Shown here: positions 20,128-29,446 of the stretch, in pieces | Numbering within the stretch: position 1 is the first letter of the stretch | How the letters are laid out: each line of letters begins with the position of its first letter | Assembly: GCA_943372275.1 (NCBI GenBank) | Contig: CALRYE020000004.1 | Span: forward strand, 1,730 to 65,729 | Length of the DNA: 64,000 nt | Source: Janthinobacterium lividum | Lineage (GTDB): Bacteria > Pseudomonadota > Gammaproteobacteria > Burkholderiales > Burkholderiaceae_D | Reading direction: 5' to 3' | Position numbers and translations under genes: made by a program | Notes under the pieces: generated by a model | What the model was told of the DNA's origin: nothing | Databases searched by the model: none | What the model saw: the letters and a program-made list of their open reading frames with translations, nothing else

Positions 20128-21312
20128 ATGTCCATGACCGACCTGCTTACGATCCTGGCCAACCTCTCCTGGCCCGTGGCAATCTGCATTGCCTGGCTGG
20201 CCGGAGAGATTGGCCAGCGCCTGACAGGCCTGCCCCGCATCAGTTTTTATGGCCTGGTCGGCTTCGCGCTGGCCGGCACGCAACTGGGCGTGCTGCCCGC
20301 GCCCGGCGAGGGCCCGGCTCTGGTCATGGCCGACATTGCCTTCGGCCTGATCCTGTTCGAACTGGGCTACCGGATCAACCTGCGCTGGCTGCGCACCAAC
20401 CCCTGGCTGGGCGCCGCCTCGCTGCTCGAAGCGCTGACCACGTTCGTGGCCACCTATCTGGTGGCGGTGGCCTTCGACACTTCCGTCATGACGGCGCTGA
20501 TGCTCGCCTCGCTGGCCATGTCCACTTCGCCCGCCACGGTGGTGCGCGTCATCAACGAGATGCGCAGCTCCGGCCAGGTCACGGAACGGGTGATGCATTT
20601 GTCGGCCCTCAATTGCGTGATGTCCGTGTTCGCCTTTAACGTGGTGATCGGCTTCTGGATCTTCCACAGTTCCGACGACGTGGCCGATGCCGCCCTCAAC
20701 AGCCTGGTGGCGCTGGCCATGTCGGCCGCCGCCGGCGCCGTATTCGGCCTGGTGGTGCCGGCCATCCTGCGCCAGCTGGGCAACCTGTCGAAAGACGCCA
20801 CCGTCGGCTTTGCGCTGGCGGTCATCCTGCTGGTGTCGGTGACGTACACGGCCCAGCTCTCGCCCGTGGTCGCCACCTTGGCGTTCGGGCTGACGGCGCG
20901 CCACCGGCGCATCGCCTTCAGCCAGGCCGAACGCAACTTCGGCGCGCTGGGCGAAGTGCTCACGGTGCTGCTGTTCGTCTTTGCCGCCTCCACGCTGGAC
21001 TGGAAGCTGGTGGTGGCCGGCGCCGGACTGGCCGTCACCTTGCTGGTCGTGCGCGTCATTACCAAGACGGCCAGCGTGACGGCGTTCGCCCATCTGTCCG
21101 GCATTTCTTGGCGCAAAGGCGTGCTCACGGGACTGGCGCTGGCGCCCATGTCCGTGTTCGTCATCTTGCTGCTCGAGCATGCGCGCATGCGCGGAGTGGA
21201 CGTGGCCGACGAGCTGCAAGCCATGGCCGCCGTGACGATGCTGCTGGAAGTGTTCGGACCGATCATCATCCAGCGCGCCCTCGTGTGGGCGCGCGAAACT
21301 GCGGAGAGCTGA
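20128..21312 (+). CDS. Cation:proton antiporter (Na+/H+ exchanger family)
   Basis: 394-aa polytopic protein with LPRISFYGLVGFALAG...FGLILFELGYRI. Confidence 0.8.
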   Translation: MSMTDLLTILANLSWPVAICIAWLAGEIGQRLTGLPRISFYGLVGFALAGTQLGVLPAPGEGPALVMADIAFGLILFELGYRINLRWLRTNPWLGAASLLEALTTFVATYLVAVAFDTSVMTALMLASLAMSTSPATVVRVINEMRSSGQVTERVMHLSALNCVMSVFAFNVVIGFWIFHSSDDVADAALNSLVALAMSAAAGAVFGLVVPAILRQLGNLSKDATVGFALAVILLVSVTYTAQLSPVVATLAFGLTARHRRIAFSQAERNFGALGEVLTVLLFVFAASTLDWKLVVAGAGLAVTLLVVRVITKTASVTAFAHLSGISWRKGVLTGLALAPMSVFVILLLEHARMRGVDVADELQAMAAVTMLLEVFGPIIIQRALVWARETAES

Positions 21313-21313
21313 C

Positions 21314-22435
21314 ATGGCACTGGAACCATTTGCCACCTCGAAGGCGCTCACCTTCGGCGTCGAACTGGAATTGCAGCTGGTCAGCCTGTCGGATTTTAAT
21401 CTGACGGCGGCCAGCCCCGACTTGCTGCACCTGCTGGCGCGCAAGCCCTTCCCCGGCAACGTCACGCCGGAAATCACCGAGAGCATGATCGAGATTAATT
21501 CGAGCGTGCATTCTTCGTACTTGCCCCTGCTGGCCGAGTTGCTGGATATCCGCAATACGCTGGTGGCGGCGGCCGACCAGCTTAATATCGGTTTGTCCGG
21601 CGGCGGCACCCACCCGTTCCAGCACTGGTCGGACCAGAAAATTTTCCCCAAGGAGCGCTTCCGCGAACTGTCGTCGCTGTACGGCTACCTGGCCAAGCAG
21701 TTCACCGTGTTCGGCCAGCACGTGCACATCGGCTGCGCCTCCGGCGACGACGCCATGTTCCTGCTGCATTCGCTGAACCGCTACATCCCCCACTTCATTG
21801 CCCTGTCGGCGTCGTCGCCGTTCGTGCAGGGCCACGACAGCCTGTTCGATTCGGCGCGGCTGAACTCGGTGTTTGCGTTTCCGATGAGCGGACGCGCGCC
21901 GTTCACCCTCAGCTGGGACGACTTTGCCAACGTCTACTTTGCCAAGATGGAAGGCACCGGCATCATCCGCAGCATGAAAGATTTTTATTGGGATGTGCGG
22001 CCCAAACCCGAGTATGGCACCATCGAACTGCGCGTATGCGACACGCCGCTGACGGTGGAGCGGGCCGCCGCGCTGGCCGGCTATCTGCAGGCGCTGTGCC
22101 GCCATCTGCTGGAACGGCGCGAGGAGCCGCCGGTGGAAGACGACTACCTCGTGTACAACTACAACCGCTTCCAGGCGTGCCGCTTCGGGCTGGATGGCGC
22201 CATCACCCATCCAAAAACCTATCAGACCGTGTCGATCCGGGACGATATTCTGGCCACCTTGAAACTGATGGAGCCGCACGGCGAGGCGCTGGGCAGCTTG
22301 CAGGCGCTGCGCCACTTGCGCACGGCGGCGCAGGATCTGAGCGACTCGGGTTATCTGCGGCGCGAGTTCGACAATCAGGGCAGCGTGGAAGGCATGGTGA
22401 ATGCGGCGATCGGGCGCTTTCGGGGAGGCAAGTAG
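21314..22435 (+). CDS. ybdK: Carboxylate-amine ligase (glutamate-cysteine ligase family 2, YbdK)
   Basis: LTFGVELELQLV...FGQHVHIG...YWDVRPKPEYGTIELRVCDT. It starts 1 nt after the antiporter stop. Confidence 0.85.
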   Translation: MALEPFATSKALTFGVELELQLVSLSDFNLTAASPDLLHLLARKPFPGNVTPEITESMIEINSSVHSSYLPLLAELLDIRNTLVAAADQLNIGLSGGGTHPFQHWSDQKIFPKERFRELSSLYGYLAKQFTVFGQHVHIGCASGDDAMFLLHSLNRYIPHFIALSASSPFVQGHDSLFDSARLNSVFAFPMSGRAPFTLSWDDFANVYFAKMEGTGIIRSMKDFYWDVRPKPEYGTIELRVCDTPLTVERAAALAGYLQALCRHLLERREEPPVEDDYLVYNYNRFQACRFGLDGAITHPKTYQTVSIRDDILATLKLMEPHGEALGSLQALRHLRTAAQDLSDSGYLRREFDNQGSVEGMVNAAIGRFRGGK

Positions 22436-22531
22436 GACAAGGCTGCGTGGCGCGCACTTGCAATAAAGTCTACATTACGAAAAATGATTTAAGATGGAGT
22501 TTTCCTGCGCACAACGCCGACACGACACTCC

Positions 22532-25393
22532 ATGAGATCACCGCTGATAGACCAGGTACGCGATGCCCTGCTGACCTTTACCAGCACCAGCCGTCTGTAC
22601 GAGCTGACGATAGCCAATGCCGACCCGGCGAGCACCCTGCTGGTCGAAGCGTTTGCGGCGGAAGATGGCGTGCAGGAACTGGGGCACCGCGACGTGATCG
22701 TACTGTCGACCAGCGCCCATGTCGACCTGATGTCGCTGCTGGGCAAGCAAGCCACACTAGGGATCAGCCTGGCCGACCGCAGCCGCACCGGGTTTCAGGG
22801 CGTCGTCACCCGCGCCGCTTCGCTGGGCAGCAATGGAGGGCTGGCGCGCTACCGGCTGCGCCTGTCGCCGTGGCTGGCGCAGCTGACCCAGGTGCGCAAC
22901 AGCCGGGTCTGGGAAAACAAGAGCATTATCGAGATCGTCGATTCCGTGCTGCAGGGGTACGAGCATGCGCAATGGCGCTGGAGCGACGACGTCGGCCCGT
23001 TCATGGGCGAATCGCCGCCACGCAGCTACTGCTGCCAGTACCGCGAATCCGATTACGACTTCGTCAAGCGCCTGCTTACCGAAGAGGGGCTGGCATGGCG
23101 CGTGGAGGATAGCGGGGACAGCCATTGCGTGGTGCTGTTTGCCGACAGCACGCAGCTGTCCGCCATTCCCGAGGACCCCAGCAGCGGGGCGGCCGGCGGG
23201 ATTCGTTACCACGGCGCCCGTTCGGCTGAGACCAGTGACTCGGTGCAATCGCTGTCCACCGGCCGCAGTTTGATGTCGTCGCACAGCAGCCTGCTCAGCT
23301 ACGACTATAAATCCAAGAAAATCATCCAGGCCAGCGTGCCGACCCGGCAACATGGCAGCAAGAACCTGCCTGTGCTGGAATACTTCGAAGCGCCCGGTCA
23401 ATATGCGTTCACCAATGCCAGCCAGGCGCAGCGGTATGCCGTGATGTACGCGGAGGCGCGGGAAGCCCGCTCGGCCCGCTGGACCATGCGCTCGACGGTG
23501 CGAACCTTGCGGGCGGGCACGTGCTTTGCGCTGCTGAACGGTCCGTTTGCGCGCGATGGCGCAACGCCCAGCTACACCGTCTTGCGGGTGCGCAGCGTGG
23601 GGATCAACAACCTGCCCGCGCCGGCGAGTCAGGCGCTGGCGGAATTGTTCGGACCGATTCCTGAATTGTTGGAGGAAACGCTGCCTCAGGCGGATGGCGA
23701 GTATCTCGAACGTGCCCTTGCCCAGGCCAGAGCCAGCGGCTACGCCAACTGGTTCGACGCGATTGTTGCCACCACGCCGTGGCGGCCGTTGCACATCGAC
23801 AGCGACGGCAAGGAGCGCAGCCACCACCGCCCCACGGCCATGGGCAGCCAGAGCGCGCTGGTGGTCGGCGCCAACGGCGACACCGAAGCCAACGGCGCGG
23901 ATGAACTGTATTGCGATGCGCTGGGCCGAGTACGCATCCGCTTTCACTGGCAAGATCCTGCCGACAATGGCGGCTGCTGGGTACGCGTGGCGCAGCGTTC
24001 GGCGGGCGGCGGCATGGGCAGCCAGTTCCTGCCGCGCATCGGCATGGAAGTGCTGGTGCAGTTCATTGAGAACGATATCGACCGGCCGATTATCATTGGC
24101 GCGCTGTACAACGGCCAGGGCGAAGGTGGTTCGGCTCCTACCCCGGGCGGGAAAGCGGCCAGTGGCACCGAGACCACGCCGTTCAAGGCGGCGCATGACC
24201 ATGCGGCATCGGGTCAGGGCAATGTCGCCAGCGGCAATAGTCCGCTGTGGCATGGCGCTTCGGCCGATACGGCCGGCCATCGCAATACGTCGGCCCAGTG
24301 GGGCGTACGCAGCAAGGAATTTGGCGCCAGCGGCTACAACCAGTTGCTGTTTGACGATACCGACAGCCAGGGCCGGGTGCAGCTCAGGAGTACCCATGCG
24401 GCCACAGAGTTGACGCTGGGGCATCTGGTGCACAACACCGATAACTACCGGGGCAGTTTTCGCGGTCAGGGTGCGGAGCTGCGCACCGATGCGTACGGCA
24501 GCGTGCGCGCCGGGGCTGGTTTGCTGGTGTCGAGTTACAAGATGCAGCATGGCGCGGGCGCACGGGATCCTGCTGGGGACAATTCGGCTGGGATTGCGTT
24601 GATGAAGCAGGCGGTCAAGCTGGGCGAGACGTTCAGCCAGTCGGCGGTTACTCATCAGACAGTGGGGTTGGCGGGTCATCTTGGAGTAGAAGCGGGCACG
24701 GCCAGCAAGCTCGACGCTGCGGCAGCGCCACTGGCAGCAACGCTTGCTGCCTTGTCGGGTATGCTCAGTACCGACGGGCTCGATGCAGCAAAAGCGGACG
24801 CGGAGCAGAAGGCGGGCTTACCAGCCCAGGGCAAGGTTCCCCATGTAACGGATCCGCTCCTCGTTGTCGCAGCGCAAGCTGGGCTGGGTGTAAGTGCAGG
24901 GCAGTCCTTCCAGCTCGCTGCAGAGGAAACTACTATCTTAATGAGTGGCGAGGATAGCCAGTTTGTGAGCGCCGGCCAGATGCGGTTGCACTCGGGCCAG
25001 GCAATCGGACTGTTAGGCGGCGTGGTTACGCCAGGTGGCGCGGGCGACGGAGTGCAGATGATCGCCGCACAGGGTGGTATCGACCTGCAGGCACAAGGAA
25101 ACTCGCTCTCGATCCAAGCGCGGGATATGGTCAATATCATCAGCGCCAATGCCCACGTTGACTGGGCCGCTGCAAAAAGCATCACTCTTTCGACGGCGGG
25201 CGGGGCAAATATAACGATCGCCGGCGGCGATATTACGGTGCAGTGCCCGGGGAAGATTACCGTCCATGCCGGCAAAAAAAGCTTTCTGGGCCCGGAGCGG
25301 CTTGAGATGCCGCTACCCAAATTGCCCCGCGATATCTGTCTTGACTGCCTGCTGATGGCGTTAAAGTCAGGCAGTGCATTAGCCGTCAAATAG
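22532..25393 (+). CDS. vgrG: Type VI secretion spike protein VgrG with DUF2345-type C-terminal extension
   Basis: 953 aa. The gp27-like N-terminus reads RLYELTIANADP...LVEAFAAEDGVQELGHRDVIVLST and ARYRLRLSPWLAQLTQVRNSRVWENKSIIEIV. The gp5 OB-fold reads RIGMEVLVQFIENDIDRPIIIGALYNG. A beta-helical repeat region follows. Confidence 0.9.
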   Translation: MRSPLIDQVRDALLTFTSTSRLYELTIANADPASTLLVEAFAAEDGVQELGHRDVIVLSTSAHVDLMSLLGKQATLGISLADRSRTGFQGVVTRAASLGSNGGLARYRLRLSPWLAQLTQVRNSRVWENKSIIEIVDSVLQGYEHAQWRWSDDVGPFMGESPPRSYCCQYRESDYDFVKRLLTEEGLAWRVEDSGDSHCVVLFADSTQLSAIPEDPSSGAAGGIRYHGARSAETSDSVQSLSTGRSLMSSHSSLLSYDYKSKKIIQASVPTRQHGSKNLPVLEYFEAPGQYAFTNASQAQRYAVMYAEAREARSARWTMRSTVRTLRAGTCFALLNGPFARDGATPSYTVLRVRSVGINNLPAPASQALAELFGPIPELLEETLPQADGEYLERALAQARASGYANWFDAIVATTPWRPLHIDSDGKERSHHRPTAMGSQSALVVGANGDTEANGADELYCDALGRVRIRFHWQDPADNGGCWVRVAQRSAGGGMGSQFLPRIGMEVLVQFIENDIDRPIIIGALYNGQGEGGSAPTPGGKAASGTETTPFKAAHDHAASGQGNVASGNSPLWHGASADTAGHRNTSAQWGVRSKEFGASGYNQLLFDDTDSQGRVQLRSTHAATELTLGHLVHNTDNYRGSFRGQGAELRTDAYGSVRAGAGLLVSSYKMQHGAGARDPAGDNSAGIALMKQAVKLGETFSQSAVTHQTVGLAGHLGVEAGTASKLDAAAAPLAATLAALSGMLSTDGLDAAKADAEQKAGLPAQGKVPHVTDPLLVVAAQAGLGVSAGQSFQLAAEETTILMSGEDSQFVSAGQMRLHSGQAIGLLGGVVTPGGAGDGVQMIAAQGGIDLQAQGNSLSIQARDMVNIISANAHVDWAAAKSITLSTAGGANITIAGGDITVQCPGKITVHAGKKSFLGPERLEMPLPKLPRDICLDCLLMALKSGSALAVK

Positions 25394-25416
25394 AATAAGC
25401 ATTAGAGAGGAGACCA

Positions 25417-26292
25417 GTGTATTTTGCATCCGACATTCCCAAAGCAGCGCAGGTGGCAGCGCAAATCGTCGGCTTGATCGGTCAAGGTCCTGCACTGTCT
25501 TGGTACGCGCTCGTGGACGGCGCGTTTGATTACCGCGGAAAACCGTTAGCAGGGTTTGATCATCGCGAATGGACCTATGCGTCGGATGAGTACGACTCCT
25601 TGCTGGCGGCCTCGCCCTATCTGGTCGCTTTAGAAACCAGCGACTCCTCAACCCTTCTGGCGCAGATCGTCGCGCTGGTACGCCATCGCGGTCATCGTCC
25701 CATGCTCAGCTTTATTGGAAGCGAAGTCTCGGCGGCCGCACTTAACCAGAACTTCCGTCAGTATGCGAGTGCGGCCACATCCGACAAGGACAGTTACATT
25801 CTACGGTTCGCCGACACGCGCGTTCTACCATCGATCGCTGTCAACCTGCGGCCCACCGTTTGGCGCGGGATCACTCGCTCGATACAGAACTGGGCCTATA
25901 TCGACCGCGATGGCTCGGTCAAGCAGGTGGCCATCAACGGCGACCATGAGACGTTGGCCGGCAGATTCGAACTGTCCAACGCGGAACTTGCAGCGCTGGT
26001 CAGTGCAGCCGAGCCGGATGCCGTCATCAACGCCCTGGAACGCAGCAATCCGGACATCCTGCCAGAACATGGCCATGCAGAATTCTATGACTTGGTTGCC
26101 GAGGCGTGCCTGTTTGCGGGCACTCACGGAGTTATCGCATTTCCTGACATCGTTGCGATCGCTACCTATACCATCGTGTCAGGAGTTGACGCGCTGGCAG
26201 AACCTCGATTCCTCAGCCTGATTACTGGACCGTCATGGGAGCGCGGCAACCTGATCAAGGCGATAGTGGAGTTTGCTAATGAGACGAGCTGA
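25417..26292 (+). CDS. DUF4123-family T6SS adaptor/chaperone
   Basis: GTG start with GAGAGGAG RBS. WYALVDGAFDY...SPYLVALE is the characteristic N-terminal pattern of DUF4123 proteins. It sits immediately downstream of vgrG. Confidence 0.75.
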   Translation: MYFASDIPKAAQVAAQIVGLIGQGPALSWYALVDGAFDYRGKPLAGFDHREWTYASDEYDSLLAASPYLVALETSDSSTLLAQIVALVRHRGHRPMLSFIGSEVSAAALNQNFRQYASAATSDKDSYILRFADTRVLPSIAVNLRPTVWRGITRSIQNWAYIDRDGSVKQVAINGDHETLAGRFELSNAELAALVSAAEPDAVINALERSNPDILPEHGHAEFYDLVAEACLFAGTHGVIAFPDIVAIATYTIVSGVDALAEPRFLSLITGPSWERGNLIKAIVEFANETS

Positions 26293-26359
26293 TGGCATGA
26301 GCGGCCGAGACGGCTGGCATCCAGACGAACGACCAACTTTGATGGAAAGTGTTCACCAG

Positions 26360-26788
26360 ATGTTGATGAAAATCCCGCTGCGTATTGCTTCAGCAGTCGT
26401 GCTGTGTACATTCCTGAGCAGCTGCGCAGAAGAGACCGCCATGCCGTCTATCGTGGGAATGAACTATACGAGCCAGCCCATTTCGACATTTATAGTCAAT
26501 GGCTACGACGCGGCCAATCTTCCCCCAAATGGCGGGGGCGGCGCATTTGTCTGCTGTATTGGCGTACCGCGCCAGTGGCGCGCCGGGCTGACTGCCAAGG
26601 TGCAGTGGACGGAGGATGAACGCGACCCGGCAAAATGGCACGAAGCGGTCGTCGCCATTCCCCGCTACAAAAGCGATGAAACGGGCATTTTTGCGGTTCA
26701 TTTTTACCCCGACGGTACGGTCAAGGTCTTGGTGACCAACCTGGGTTACCGCCACCCCAACTATCCATTTCCCAACCCGAGGAAGTAG
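26360..26788 (+). CDS. DUF3304-family lipoprotein (candidate Tle1 immunity protein)
   Basis: MLMKIPLRIASAVVLCTFLSSC (lipobox LSSC), then GGGGAFVCCIGVPRQWRAGLTAKVQW. Paralogous to 28815..29324. Confidence 0.75.
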   Translation: MLMKIPLRIASAVVLCTFLSSCAEETAMPSIVGMNYTSQPISTFIVNGYDAANLPPNGGGGAFVCCIGVPRQWRAGLTAKVQWTEDERDPAKWHEAVVAIPRYKSDETGIFAVHFYPDGTVKVLVTNLGYRHPNYPFPNPRK

Positions 26789-26790
26789 TC

Positions 26791-28440
26791 ATGGCAACAA
26801 TATCGCCAGCACCGTTCCAGGGCGCCCGCGCGCTGAGCAAACAGGAGCTTCTGCAGCGCGCAAAGGCAGTGAACTGCACGCTCGCAAAAAGTACCAAACC
26901 CGCCTGTTCGGGACAAGTCGATGTCGGTATTTTTTTCGATGGCACCGGCAACAACATGAACGAAGACTTTACCAAGCTCGCACCGGCAAGTCGCAAACAC
27001 AGCAATGTGGTCAAACTGTTCCGCGCTCACGAGAAGAATGCCGACGAGGGCAGGTTTGCGTATTACGTGCCTGGGGTGGGCACGCCGTTTCCTTTGGTCG
27101 ACGATTTTTTAGGCAGCATGGCAGGGGGCGCCTTTGCATGGAACGGCGAAAGCCGAATTATTTGGGCCTTTACGCAACTGTTAAACGCCCCGAAATTCTA
27201 TGTGCTCAACGAACTCCTGTTCGACGACAACAAGGCCGCAGAGTTTGCCAGAAGACTGGCTTCGAGTTTCACTCCCCCGGCAATTCGCAGAAGTGCATTG
27301 CGGCATTGGCAAGGCCAGTTGAAAGCGTCCATCAAAGGAAAAAAACCGCACATTGAACTGATTAATTTGACCGTGTACGGATTTTCCCGTGGTGCCGCTG
27401 AGGCGCGGGCGTTTTGCAACTGGCTGTTTGAAGTATGTGAGTCCGAGAACGGTGTCTGGCTATTCGCCGGTATCCCGATCCGAGTAGGATTTTTGGGCAT
27501 ATTCGATACCGTCGCTTCTGTTGGCATTCCCAATTCTTTAGCCAACGCGACCGTGGAAGGTCACCAGTCATGGGCCGACAACAACATGACCATCCACCCG
27601 GCCGTTGAACAATGCGTGCACTTCGTGGCCGGCCATGAGGTTCGGGCAGCATTTCCCCTCGATTCAGTGCGTGATAAAAACACTTACCCTGCAAATGCAA
27701 GAGAGGTGATGTATCCAGGCTCGCATTCAGACTTGGGAGGTGGCTATGCTCCCAATGACCTGGGCATTGCACCGGCCGCCAACGAGGGAATTTGCGTTAT
27801 TCCGGGCGCGCAAATGTACAACGATGCCCGGCTAGCCGGGGCACCGATGACGCCTTGGGGAAGGCTCGACGCAGTCACTCGCGCCGATTTCATCGCATCG
27901 GCAGCAACCGTGAAGGATTTCAATGCCTACGTGCAGGCGACAAACTTCGGGCAAGGTTCGGTCGAATCGCTGCACAGAAAGCACATGAGCATGTATCTAA
28001 GCTACAGGTACAAATATCGCAACCGCGTTGACCTGATGCCCTTTTATCGCCGTGCTAAGCCGAAACATCAGGCATACCTGCGCTTTACCTCCGGGACGAT
28101 CAACCGGCGCCTCAGCGCTATGTTTAGCTACGCTGTGGCGCCTACCTCCGAGGCGCATGTTGCGGCCGATGCTGTACGATCCGAACGAAAGCGGCTTTCC
28201 CTGATAGGAACCAAACCTCAGAACGAGCTGGACCTTCGCGCCGCTGCGCTATGCGATTTAGTCGAAAACTTCGATATCAAGCGCCTGACGCCGGAGATCG
28301 AGACTTTTTACGGCCACCACATCCATGATTCCATGGCCGGCTTTATCGAAATGGGCGGCTGGACCCAGACAACCAATGAATTTTGGCTTAACGGCTTGGG
28401 TATCATGAAATACCGCAAAATCTTCAAGGGCGATGATTGA
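26791..28440 (+). CDS. Tle1-family T6SS phospholipase effector (DUF2235 alpha/beta hydrolase)
   Basis: VGIFFDGTGNN, nucleophile elbow VYGFSRGAAEARAF (GxSxG), FLGIFDTVASVG (Asp), YPGSHSDLGGGY (His). AGGAAG RBS; it starts 3 nt after the DUF3304 stop. Confidence 0.85.
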   Translation: MATISPAPFQGARALSKQELLQRAKAVNCTLAKSTKPACSGQVDVGIFFDGTGNNMNEDFTKLAPASRKHSNVVKLFRAHEKNADEGRFAYYVPGVGTPFPLVDDFLGSMAGGAFAWNGESRIIWAFTQLLNAPKFYVLNELLFDDNKAAEFARRLASSFTPPAIRRSALRHWQGQLKASIKGKKPHIELINLTVYGFSRGAAEARAFCNWLFEVCESENGVWLFAGIPIRVGFLGIFDTVASVGIPNSLANATVEGHQSWADNNMTIHPAVEQCVHFVAGHEVRAAFPLDSVRDKNTYPANAREVMYPGSHSDLGGGYAPNDLGIAPAANEGICVIPGAQMYNDARLAGAPMTPWGRLDAVTRADFIASAATVKDFNAYVQATNFGQGSVESLHRKHMSMYLSYRYKYRNRVDLMPFYRRAKPKHQAYLRFTSGTINRRLSAMFSYAVAPTSEAHVAADAVRSERKRLSLIGTKPQNELDLRAAALCDLVENFDIKRLTPEIETFYGHHIHDSMAGFIEMGGWTQTTNEFWLNGLGIMKYRKIFKGDD

Positions 28441-28519
28441 CGACCGTGTTCCCCAAGCCGGACGATGTGATCTGCGACCCGGTCGGCTTTAGATCAAATC
28501 TATAGCCGCTTTTCTTTGG

Positions 28520-28743
28520 CTCTAGCAATGGAAAGGGTGGCAGTACGACGCTTCAGAAGATTTCGACCCAGGACAGGCACGCGGAGGCGGGGGTGAGGGC
28601 TGCGTTAGTGATCAACGCTGAACCCGATGCTGTAATCGACGCATTAGATCGGACTATGCGATGTAGTTGAGTCCTTGGACGTGAAGAAAATAACTCCAGA
28701 AATTGAACATTTTTATGGGGCTCCACTGGACCCATTTCGTTAA
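28520..28743 (+). pseudogene. Fused remnants of a second DUF4123 adaptor gene and the 3' end of a second Tle1-family gene
   Basis: One frame reads AALVINAEPDAVIDALDRT then stop, matching AALVSAAEPDAVINALERS of the intact adaptor at 14/19 positions. The +1 frame then reads LDVKKITPEIEHFYGAPLD...stop, matching FDIKRLTPEIETFYGHHIH of the intact Tle1 at 10/19 positions. Confidence 0.7.
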
Positions 28744-28814
28744 CTGTATGGCAGAGCTTGTGCATGCTTACCAGATTTCACTCTCGTTCTGCACAATCTC
28801 CTCAGTAAGCAAAC

Positions 28815-29324
28815 ATGCAAAATATACTGTGCAAGCGGTCAATGATGAAGGTGATAGTGTTGGTGTTGTGCTTGGCTGGCTTGGGCGCAACCGTACCCGA
28901 TGCCTACCACGAGTATCAACAAAGCAAGCTCATGATCGCAGCAATTGCGCCGTATAACTTTACCGACGTGGCAGTCGACAATCTTTACATTAACGATAAA
29001 TGGGGCGGCAACAGCGACGCGCACTCGGGGGGAGGCAGCGGCATCTGTTGTGTAATGTTACCGAGGAAATGGCGGTCTGACTTGGTAGTGAACGTCAAAT
29101 GGGAAAGCGATGGTCGATGGTTCAAAACCTTGGCGCCAGTCCCTGAATACAAAGACTCCGCTGACCTGCAGATCATCTTCCATGGCGACCATCAGGTGAT
29201 GGTCTATCTCGTAAGCTATTGGCCCTGCACACCCATGCATCCTATGCCGAAGACCGGCCTTTGCGGACGAGAAAAAAACGCCAGTAATGCCGATACATCG
29301 AAACAAGTATCACTGACCGGATAA
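28815..29324 (+). CDS. DUF3304-family protein, second paralogue (candidate orphan immunity)
   Basis: Signal-like MMKVIVLVLCLAGLG (an alternative start at 28842), then GGGSGICCVMLPRKWRSDLVVNVKW. It shares the GGG-x-CC-x3-P-x2-WR pattern with 26360..26788. Confidence 0.7.
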   Translation: MQNILCKRSMMKVIVLVLCLAGLGATVPDAYHEYQQSKLMIAAIAPYNFTDVAVDNLYINDKWGGNSDAHSGGGSGICCVMLPRKWRSDLVVNVKWESDGRWFKTLAPVPEYKDSADLQIIFHGDHQVMVYLVSYWPCTPMHPMPKTGLCGREKNASNADTSKQVSLTG

Positions 29325-29446
29325 CGCATTCGCCTGTTCAGCTACGAGGCGAACTACGCCGTTCCTAAAAAATACTATGAGGTCCTGCCGCACTGACTGC
29401 ACTGGAGCGACAAGGTCGCGCGCTTAGCAGAATCTTGATAACCCAT

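Noticed and set aside
18743-21651. Long minus-strand ORFs 18743..20023 and 20002..21651
   Set aside because: They are antisense to the VWA, antiporter and ybdK genes and have shadow-ORF composition (H/R/G/Q-rich).
22436-22462. Possible imperfect direct repeat flanking the T6SS island (GACAAGGCTGCGTGGCGCGCACTTGCA versus GACAAGGTCGCGCGCTTAGCA at 29409-29429)
   Set aside because: Only short GC-rich blocks match and gaps are required. This is indistinguishable from chance in this composition without statistics, and no integrase or tRNA is present.
28553-28957. ORFs 28553..28765 (-) and 28703..28957 (+) in the gap after the Tle1 gene
   Set aside because: They overlap the adaptor/effector remnants or the 5' region of the second DUF3304 gene and have no RBS or family features. 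The interval is better explained as a pseudogene scar.
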